Of a stretch of 32,694 bases of DNA, positions 23,372 to 32,694 are shown piece by piece. Below the pieces are notes generated by a model. It was not told the DNA's origin. It ran no database searches and saw only the letters and a program-made list of their open reading frames with translations. Made by a program: the position numbers and the translations under genes. This DNA comes from Octopus bimaculoides (taxonomy: Eukaryota): assembly GCF_001194135.2 (NCBI RefSeq), contig NC_068992.1, positions 11,921,727 to 11,954,420 on the forward strand. Reading direction: 5' to 3'. The stretch's first letter is position 1; every line of letters begins with the position of its first letter.

Positions 23372-24073
23372 ATGTGCGTGTGTGAATATATAAGCACCGT
23401 AGGTCTATAAAATATTTTATTTCGGAAGGTGACTGGTTTTGAGCCTGTCGGCTGTATATTTTCATCAAACATGATGCACGATAGATAGTTATATGTAACT
23501 AATTAGATAGCGCTTCAATTGTCTAGATTTGGATATAGATGTGTGTGTCTTTGAGTGTGTGTGCGTGCGCGTGCGCACTCAAACACTTGGAAGAATATGA
23601 TTATAAATACTTATAAATAATATCAATATATATATAAATATTAGGTGCGTTCACTTAATTTAACCTCATAATTTGAAGCAATTTCATTTTATGTGCAAGC
23701 TTATATACGAATATCGGCACCAATGGATCTGTATATTTTGGATGATGACATTACTAAAATAGCTGCCTACATACAATATAATTGTTTATTTAATATTCAT
23801 ATAATTATTGTTTGATATTTCCAAATGCATAGCCAAACTGAATGAATGAATAAATACAGAAATAAATAAACGAATTTGTGGTTGCAAAATTTGTTGAATC
23901 GGGAACAGAAGTTCAGCAAATTCATGCAATAAGTACACGTTGGGCCCAGAGTCACAAAATCTCATTGTATCCTACGATCTGTGTTCATAATCCGGTGGCA
24001 TCTGCTGTTGCACAACTCTGTTTTTATAGTTCGTAGATTTTGTCCGAACTTATACGAATGCTTATCGATACAT

Positions 24074-24254
24074 GCAGGAGTGGTTGTGTGGTAAGTAGCT
24101 TGTTTACCAACCACATGGTTCCGGGTTCAGTCCCACTGCATGGCAGCTTGGTCATCTACTATAGTTTCTACTATAGCAAGTGTCTTCTACTATAGCTTCC
24201 GGCCGACCAAAGCCTTGTGAGTGGATTTGGTAGACGGAAACTGAAAGAAGCCCG

Positions 24255-24257
<3 letters not shown>
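24074..24257 (+). mobile_element. tRNA-derived SINE, family B, ending in (TA)n
   Basis: gcaggagtggttgtgtggtaagtagc...ggttccgggttcagtcccactgc...gcaagtgtcttctactatagc...gccgaccaaagccttgtgagtggatttggtagacggaaactgaaagaagcccgtc; carries an internal triplication of ctactatag. Confidence 0.8.
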
Positions 24258-24293
<36 letters not shown>

Positions 24294-24303
24294 NNNNNNN
24301 NNN

Positions 24304-24410
24304 TGAACCGTTAAAATAACTACTAGGCTTACAAAGAATAAGATCTAGAGTCGATTTGCTCAACGAAAAGGCCGCAGTCAAATGACTGAAACAAGTAAAA
24401 GAATAAAAGA
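24304..24410 (+). mobile_element. Family C SINE-like repeat, 3' part
   Basis: actaggcttacaaagaataag...tctagagtcgatttgctc...ggccgcagtcaaatgactgaaacaagtaaaagaataaaaga; reverse complement of the 20666-20750 copy. Confidence 0.65.
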
Positions 24411-24415
24411 TGCAT

Positions 24416-24472
<57 letters not shown>

Positions 24473-25323
24473 CATATATATATTATTCACTCTATATATG
24501 GAGACATGTATGTGTAAATAGATAGTAGATATAATAGATAGATAGATAGATAGATGCATTGTACATTCATGCATGAAGGCGAACACGTCTATAACTACTA
24601 ATGAGATTTTCTATCAGCTCTTTAGCCATCTTCGTACATTTAATTGCGTGTGTTTGTGTATGTGTGTATTTACGTAAACGTGCGCGTACACACATACGCA
24701 CACACATGCGTTACTGCACATCAAAATAGAAGACACACACACACTCACACACATATATACACGCGTATATGTATATATATNNNNNNNNNNNNNNNNNNNN
24801 NNNNNNNNNNNNNNNNNNNNNNNNNNNNNNNNNNNNNNNNNNNNNNNNNNNNNNNNNNNNNNNNNNNNNNNNNNNNNNNNNNNNNNNNNNNNNNNNNNNN
24901 NNNNNNNNNNNNNNNNNNNNNNNNNNNNNNNNNNNNNNNNNNNNNNNNNNNNNNNNNNNNNNNNNNNNNNNNNNNNNNNNNNNNNNNNNNNNNNNNNNNN
25001 NNNNNNNNNNNNNNNNNNNNNNNNNNNNNNNNNNNNNNNNNNNNNNNNNNNNNNNNNNNNNNNNNNNNNNNNNNNNNNNNNNNNNNNNNNNNNNNNNNNN
25101 NNNNNNNNNNNNNNNNNNNNNNNNNNNNNNNNNNNNNNNNNNNNNNNNNNNNNNNNNNNNNNNNNNNNNNNNNNNNNNNNNNNNNNNNNNNNNNNNNNNN
25201 NNNNNNNNNNNNNNNNNNNNNNNNNNNNACACACACAGTATATGTATTTGCGTACGTACTACATCATGTGTGTATATATATATATATAAATACACACACA
25301 CACACACGCGCATATATATAGAG

Positions 25324-25390
<67 letters not shown>

Positions 25391-26317
25391 AAAATTACCC
25401 GTTATGCGTAACAGAAGCAGTATTTGTTTAAAACTGTACTCTGTGTAACCTATTAAACTGTTCGGCGATTCTCGGCTGTTATTGATATATCTCTGCCGTT
25501 TTTAACACTTTACGCCTGTAAAAGGTGCTACTCGTGAAGATTGTCGTTGTTCATTTGGCTTTGAACAATGTATCAGCTTTGAATATAACACATGGATTGC
25601 TATTTGTAGCTACATTTATCTATGTGTGTCTTTGACGGACGACGTTCTGTCTCGTGGAAAACATATACTCCACAGAATCCGGTAGACGGTTCTTCTAAGC
25701 CTACAGTTCTGGAAGAAACTTTGGTCGTGTTTTTTTTTTAATGTATTTGTATACATGTATGTCTTTGTGAGTTTGTTTGTGTGAGTGTAGGTATGTTGGG
25801 GTTTGTGTGTGGGATGAGATGGGCATGCGTGTGCATAGTGTGGGCATGTATTAGAAAAAAACGTATACTGATAAAAAATAACGTCTGAGAGAAGAATATG
25901 GATAAAAGATAAATTCTCAGAGCGTTTGCAAGTGTGAGAAAGAAAAATTGGATGAAACGTTATGAGAAGAAACCATGAGAATAACAGAGAGAAAAAGGAG
26001 AAAAAGAGAGCGTAAAGGACAGGGAAAGAGATTGAGAGGGAGACAGTAGTGAGAGAGAATGTCAGACAAACAAGAAGAAGACAGACAAAGACTGACGGAC
26101 GTGCGTGATGAGATAAAAAGAAGAAAAACAGGATATGTTGGGATAAGTTGGATACCACGAAGACATTGTTATCGATAAACAACAAATTCACATCACATCA
26201 AGAAATTTAACATGTACAATTGTTGCTTTGTTCGATCGATAGTTTAGATAACTTGAAAGACTTTGGAACAAAATCGGTTTACAGACTAAGAAACTTATCG
26301 TATTTTATGGCATAGAA

Positions 26318-26375
26318 CAGGAGTCTCCAACCGCCGAGCCATCGAGCAGTGCCTGACCGTGGCACAGTTGGCAAC
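26318..26375 (+). mobile_element. Possible degenerate hAT-type terminal sequence
   Basis: caggagtctccaaccgccgagcc...gaccgtggc resembles CAGGGGT..CCAACC hAT/Charlie-type termini from memory; no partner end found. Confidence 0.25.
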
Positions 26376-26400
26376 AAACCGCTCATAAAGAATAAATTGA

Positions 26401-26640
26401 AGGTGCATGGCTCAGTGGTTAGAGCGTCGGGCTCACAATCCTGTTGTAGTGAGTCCATTTCCCAGACCGGGTTGTGTGTTCGGTCTGTGAACAAGACATT
26501 TTATTTCCCGTTGCTCCAGTTCACTCAACTGTAGAAATGAGTTGCGAGGTCCCTGGCCACAAACTGCATCGGCTTTTGCTTTCCCTTGGATAACATTGAT
26601 GGCGTAGAGAGGAGAGCCTGGTATGCATGGGTGTCTTGCT
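26401..26640 (+). mobile_element. tRNA-derived SINE with a conserved-domain-type body
   Basis: Head ggtgcatggctcagtggttagagcgtcgggctcacaatc...cccagaccggg (A box clear, B box decayed), then gaacaagacattttatttcccgttgctccagttcactcaactgtagaaatgag, resembling SINE central domains; head similar to the 18885 copy. Confidence 0.55.
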
Positions 26641-26705
26641 CGGACTTGTGCCTAGGTATTGAACTTTTGACGGATATTTGTCCTCATCTTGTTTGTTGTT
26701 ACATT

Positions 26706-26820
26706 CCAAGTTCAAATCCTGCCGAGGTCAAATATGTTTCTCATCCTTTCGTAGTCGATAACATAAAGTAGCTGTTACTTACGAGGCTTAATCATATCGA
26801 CTAACATCCCCGATCAAATG
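26706..26820 (+). mobile_element. Family A SINE fragment
   Basis: gttcaaatcctgccgaggtc...tcatcctttcgtagtcgataa matches the family A B-box and body. Confidence 0.6.
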
Positions 26821-27238
26821 TTAAACCCTTGAACCATTATCAGAAACACATATTATCTTACTGCTTTCCTTCCTTCCTTCCTTCCTTCCTTCCTTCCTTA
26901 TTCACTTATTCATTTCGCGTTCTCCCTTTCTTTCTAAGTTGCAATTTACCACGCTTGTTAGAAGGAAGAATAATAACTGAAACAGCGAGGACACACTTTA
27001 CCATCATCGTACAAGCAAGCGTTGAATTAGTACAATATACATTGTAATTCATTTTATTTGTCTTGCATGTTTAACAGCTATTGCAGTTTATTTATATTTT
27101 CCAATAAACATACATACATACATACATACAAATAAACATTCACACGTGTATAGATACATATATATATATGTGTGAGTGTGTGCGTGTGTTTCACTTCCTC
27201 TGATTCTCTGTTTGTGTCTGTCTGTCTCTCCATATATG

Positions 27239-27318
<80 letters not shown>

Positions 27319-27438
27319 NNNNNNNNNNNNNNNNNNNNNNNNNNNNNNNNNNNNNNNNNNNNNNNNNNNNNNNNNNNNNNNNNNNNNNNNNNNNNNNNNN
27401 NNNNNNNNNNNNNNNNNNNNNNNNNNNNNNNNNNNNNN

Positions 27439-27492
<54 letters not shown>

Positions 27493-27759
27493 TGTATATG
27501 GCTACACGCATTCATACACAGAGAGAAAGTGAGAGAGAATTAGAAAGACAGATTCAGATATTGACGTGTTTCGAAGGTGTACTTCTATCCAGATGCAGTT
27601 TAATCACGTCAATGACCAGATCCCAGTTGGTCCGACAAAAATTTTAACACCTAACAGTAAATGCTCATGTGAAGTTAACACATTTCGCGTGCTTTTGAAA
27701 GGATATTACATATCTTCAAAGTTATAACATGTATGTACACATCCATGCATATAAACATA

Positions 27760-27794
<35 letters not shown>

Positions 27795-29037
27795 AGCGAT
27801 ACACACAGACACAAATATATATACATATAAATAAACACACACAAACGAACTGTATGTAACTAATTGAGTGATCATGCATCTGTGCAGATTCTTTAACTTA
27901 TCTTTGTATACAAACCTGTTCAGTGTTTGCGAGGTGGCACTTTACATACTCTTTTATATAAATAGTTGTTTGGTATCACAGCTATTTGCCGAAAACAATA
28001 AGCAAATGAATAAATGAATGGAAAACAAAAAAGAAAAAACAAGTAAAAATTGAAACAACCAAAGCATCTCCGGATATTCAAATATAAGTATATGTGTTTG
28101 TGTTTGATCGTGTATATATANNNNNNNNNNNNNNNNNNNNNNNNNNNNNNNNNNNNNNNNNNNNNNNNNNNNNNNNNNNNNNNNNNNNNNNNNNNNNNNN
28201 NNNNNNNNNNNNNNNNNNNNNNNNNNNNNNNNNNNNNNNNNNNNNNNNNNNNNNNNNNNNNNNNNNNNNNNNNNNNNNNNNNNNNNNNNNNNNNNNNNNN
28301 NNNNNNNNNNNNNNNNNNNNNNNNNNNNNNNNNNNNNNNNNNNNNNNNNNNNNNNNNNNNNNNNNNNNNNNNNNNNNNNNNNNNNNNNNNNNNNNNNNNN
28401 NNNNNNNNNNNNNNNNNNNNNNNNNNNNNNNNNNNNNNNNNNNNNNNNNNNNNNNNNNNNNNNNNNNNNNNNNNNNNNNNNNNNNNNNNNNNNNNNNNNN
28501 NNNNNNNNNNNNNNNNNNNNNNNNNNNNNNNNNNNNNNNNNNNNNNNNNNNNNNNNNNNNNNNNNNNNNNNNNNNNNNNNNNNNNNNNNNNNNNNNNNNN
28601 NNNNNNNNNNNNNNNNNNNNNNNNNNNNNNNNNNNNNNNNNNNNNNNNNNNNNNNNNNNNNNNNNNNNNNNNNNNNNNNNNNNNNNNNNNNNNNNNNNNN
28701 NNNNNNNNNNNNNNNNNNNNNNNNNNNNNNNNNNNNNNNNNNNNNNNNNNNNNNNNNNNNNNNNNNNNNNNNNNNNNNNNNNNNNNNNNNNNNNNNNNNN
28801 NNNNNNNNNNNNNNNNNNNNNNNNNNNNNNNNNNNNNNNNNNNNNNNNNNNNNNNNNNNNNNNNNNNNNNNNNNNNNNNNNNNNNNNNNNNNNNNNNNNN
28901 NNNNNNNNNNNNNNNNNNNNNNNNNNNNNNNNNNNNNNNNNNNNNNNNNNNNNNNNNNNNNNNNNNNNNNNNNNNNNNNNNNNNNNNNNNNNNNNNNNNN
29001 NNNNNNNNNNNNNNNNNNNNNNNNNNNNNNNNNNNNN

Positions 29038-29078
<41 letters not shown>

Positions 29079-29709
29079 CAGACACACACGTTGCTGTATA
29101 TGTGTGCGTGTTTGTGTTCGCGAGTATCGGACAGCAACCGTGTTTCCTTTCATAGTGGAACATCTGAGAGAAGCCGCTAATCTGTTTATCACGAGAATCC
29201 TCTCACACACATCAAGAATATGAAAGAACAACGCGAAACATGAGAAAGTTAATGGTTATAATATTACACGGCGTCGAAGACGTTGGGACGATGACTGTGC
29301 GAAGAGAATGATGGGAAATTTTTCAGATAGACACATAAATATATAATCTCTGTTAATCCTTGAAGAATTAAAGAAAAAAAATTATGTATTTATTTCTATA
29401 GTTATGTTTTTACTTATTTATTTATGTATTTGTGTTTTACATATTTATTCTTTACTGTGTTCAATAATTTGGTCGATGGGTTCTGTTCGAAAATGGCTTA
29501 ACTGCTGTTTTAGTTGCCGAAATATTTTCTTTAACAACAGTAAAGAATTCATCGATCTCCAAGACGTATGAGCAATCACTTTGTGTACGCGCGAGCACGT
29601 GTGTGTGCGAGTGTGCTTGTGTGTGTGTTTGTGTGTGCGTAAGTATGCTTTTCGTGTGTGTGTGTGTGTGTTTGCGCCTGTGTATGTGCGTGAGTGTGCG
29701 AGTGTGTGT

Positions 29710-29776
<67 letters not shown>

Positions 29777-29786
29777 NNNNNNNNNN

Positions 29787-29820
<34 letters not shown>

Positions 29821-30269
29821 TACTGTCCATGCACTCACACACTCCTATATCAATATACGCATACGATATATCTATCTTACACACTCACATACTCACACAT
29901 ACTTTAGATCGATGAGAAATAACCTTGTCTGATCGACTGCTTTTCAAGAGTAGCTTGGTTGCCAAGTGCAACCTGTAACTTTGTGTACAGATGTCTAAAG
30001 TCGCTTGCTCCAAGTTTATTGGGCCTTTTCTTGTCATCCTCTGTTAAATGCCACTTATCAAAACGGTGTGATATACATGTATATAAATGCGCGAGCTGAT
30101 ACACACAAGCACACACACAGACATATATATATACACAGATATCTACATGTATTCATAAATACAGAGACACACACATAGAGAAAGAACAGAAAAGGGAAGT
30201 GAGGAGAGGGGATTAGATGTCTAAGTCATTGGTTTACAGCTGTTAGATAAATCTTGCAAAATCGTCATT

Positions 30270-30581
30270 GGCGGAATTTGAACTCAGAACGTAAAGATAG
30301 ACGAAATACCGCGAAGCATTTCGCCCGGCGTGCTAATGTTTCTGCCAGCTCGCCGCCTCAGAATATTCTTTTTTACTCTAGGCGGAAGGCCCGAAATTTT
30401 GCGGGAGAGAGCCAGGCGATTTGATCGACTCCACTACGCAACTGCTACTTAATTTATCGACCCCGAAAGGATGAAAGGCAAAGTCGAGATCGTCGAAATT
30501 TGAACTCAGAATGTAAAGACAGACGAAATACCGCTAAGCATTCCACCCGGCGTGCTAACGTTTTCCTGCCAGCTCGCCTCC
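30270..30581 (-). mobile_element. Two head-to-tail family A SINEs (5' half at 30270-30357; full copy at 30363-30581)
   Basis: The block atttgaactcagaa(c/t)gtaaaga(t/c)agacgaaataccgc(g/t)aagcatt...cccggcgtgctaa...ctgccagctcgcc occurs twice. Confidence 0.85.
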
Positions 30582-30972
30582 TCGTTTTTATTTATGTGTA
30601 CGTTATATATGCATCTATATATGTATGTACATGCTTCTAACTTTATTGTAGCTGCAATGTGAGAATATAGTCCAGTATAGTTTATGCGCGTTTTCCGTTT
30701 GCATGGAGATGTGAGTAGCAAATCTTAAATTATCTGTCGTTAGTACAGAATAAGGAGCTTTCTCAATGTTTGTGGCTAATAAGCAGTTTGGATTGGGAAG
30801 AAATGATACTGCTATGTTTATATTGCGTATGTGGTCTTGTTAATATTATCTAGCGTGGTGATATGCTTATTTCCTTTATCATGGTGATAGTCTTTTCAAT
30901 ATGCATTTATTAATATACCTAAAGATAAACAGTTTAAGTTTTCTAAGCTTGCAAAATTGTTACATTCTCCAC

Positions 30973-31016
30973 AAGCATTTTGCCCGGTGTGCTAACGATT
31001 CTGCCAGCTCGCCGCC
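30973..31016 (-). mobile_element. Family A SINE head fragment
   Basis: aagcattttgcccggtgtgctaacgattctgccagctcgccgcc is nearly identical to 30315-30357. Confidence 0.75.
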
Positions 31017-32145
31017 CTAATAAATATCATATATATTACACGCATACGTACACACATACACCTATAGTATATCTTTTGATAACAAATAGGTATACGAGAT
31101 GTACTTTTATGTTTAGAGCTCACACAGGGCTATATCGCATTCTGCTTCCAGTAGACTGGTTAGGAATCTCCTAGATTATACTCTGAAACTTTTATAAAAA
31201 ACTCCCCGTTTTGTTTAAGTGTCCAAATGCATTTTGAACATTTAATGCAGGGTTCCAAGCAACCATAGTTACGAAACGTACAAAGGAACAAATGGTTATC
31301 TTCATCTGTCCCTCATATAAGAAATATGTGTGTGTGTCTGTATATACATGTGTGTGGGTGCTGTATATATGTGTGCATATATATGTGTGTGAGTGTGTGT
31401 GGATGTATGTATTATATATATATATATATATATNNNNNNNNNNNNNNNNNNNNNNNNNNNNNNNNNNNNNNNNNNNNNNNNNNNNNNNNNNNNNNNNNNN
31501 NNNNNNNNNNNNNNNNNNNNNNNNNNNNNNNNNNNNNNNNNNNNNNNNNNNNNNNNNNNNNNNNNNNNNNNNNNNNNNNNNNNNNNNNNNNNNNNNNNNN
31601 NNNNNNNNNNNNNNNNNNNNNNNNNNNNNNNNNNNNNNNNNNNNNNNNNNNNNNNNNNNNNNNNNNNNNNNNNNNNNNNNNNNNNNNNNNNNNNNNNNNN
31701 NNNNNNNNNNNNNNNNNNNNNNNNNNNNNNNNNNNNNNNNNNNNNNNNNNNNNNNNNNNNNNNNNNNNNNNNNNNNNNNNNNNNNNNNNNNNNNNNNNNN
31801 NNNNNNNNNNNNNNNNNNNNNNNNNNNNNNNNNNNNNNNNNNNNNNNNNNNNNNNNNNNNNNNNNNNNNNNNNNNNNNNNNNNNNNNNNNNNNNNNNNNN
31901 NNNNNNNNNNNNNNNNNNNNNNNNNNNNNNNNNNNNNNNNNNNNNNNNNNNNNNNNNNNNNNNNNNNNNNNNNNNNNNNNNNNNNNNNNNNNNNNNNNNN
32001 NNNNNNNNNNNNNNNNNNNNNNNNNNNNNNNNNNNNNNNNNNNNNNNNNNNNNNNNNNNNNNNNNNNNNNNNNNNNNNNNNNNNNNNNNNNNNNNNNNNN
32101 NNNNNNNNNNNNNNNNNNNNNNNNNNNNNNNNNNNNNNNNNNNNN

Positions 32146-32177
<32 letters not shown>

Positions 32178-32694
32178 AATCAATTTGTATGAGCGCTAAA
32201 ATAACTTGCTATAGAAGTAAATGAACCTGAAATATAGGCATTTCTAAATCTGGAATTGTTAGTTATATCAGATGTTCTTAGTCAAAAGCGACAAGAAATT
32301 AATCCAGGAGAGAAATAGAAAAAAGGGTGGGAGGGAAAAAAAACTGGTAATCAAATGAAATAGATAAATAGAATGAGTCGGAAAGCGAGAGAAAAACAGT
32401 GAAAGAGAGAGGTAGGGTAGAGATGAAAGAATGGCTGATAAAGGATGAAAGAGGATGAGGAGAGAGACGGAGAGAAGGAAGGGAAATAGGAGAAAGAAGG
32501 AGGAAGAAATACAAAAATATAAAGAATTTTAGACGAAACTGGGAGTTATGGTATGGAATGGCTTTGGAAAGTTGTCGGAAATTAAGCGTTGGACACCATC
32601 TATTATTGTAAATGATTGATTTGCATCATGGATGAGAAGTAAAAATGGATATATAATACGTGTGTGTATGTGTATATTGTATTATAAATATCTG

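Larger units (their letters stand above)
3090..32145. other. Twelve assembly gaps: 3090-3345, 5566-5758, 7312-7753, 8821-8978, 10114-10745, 11263-11790, 24294-24303, 24781-25228, 27319-27438, 28121-29037, 29777-29786, 31434-32145
   Basis: N runs totalling 4426 bases, mostly bordered by simple repeats; all X-containing ORFs are artefacts. Confidence 0.98.

Noticed and set aside
25523-25685. EGF-like reading GATREDCRCSFGFEQC on the plus strand
   Set aside because: Weak AAG acceptor, no suitable donor, incomplete Cys pattern.
27536-27717. 62-codon plus-strand open frame (IRKTDSDIDVFRRC...)
   Set aside because: No start codon at its 5' end, no convincing splice sites and no recognisable motif.
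3064-32224. Long ORFs containing X runs or YI/CV/HT/LS/RE dipeptides
   Set aside because: Translations of N gaps and dinucleotide or tetranucleotide repeats.

Overview
Eukaryotic, AT-rich, repeat-dominated genomic DNA from a gapped assembly: 12 N-gaps, about 4.4 kb or 13.5% of the window, most of them flanked by microsatellites. The microsatellite load and the tRNA-derived SINE families resemble what I recall from octopus (coleoid cephalopod) genomes; this is an inference, not a database result. Almost every ORF in the supplied track is a translated microsatellite or gap. Well supported: a decayed mariner transposase (minus strand, ~12.7-13.5 kb), a decayed 5'-truncated L1/Tx1-like LINE ORF2 end with zf-RVT-type motifs (minus strand, ~14.7-15.6 kb), and more than 20 SINE copies or fragments. 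The best leads are short candidate exons below the ORF-track threshold: a signal-peptide exon with a canonical donor (minus, 4344-4257) and a plus-strand chain of three small exons (19615-20205) that splices in frame to a Cys/Trp-rich peptide end. There is also a near-perfect 62-nt hairpin at 18240-18301. No complete gene, rRNA, true tRNA or CRISPR array can be supported, and I cannot claim a new biological system; all gene models here need RNA evidence.
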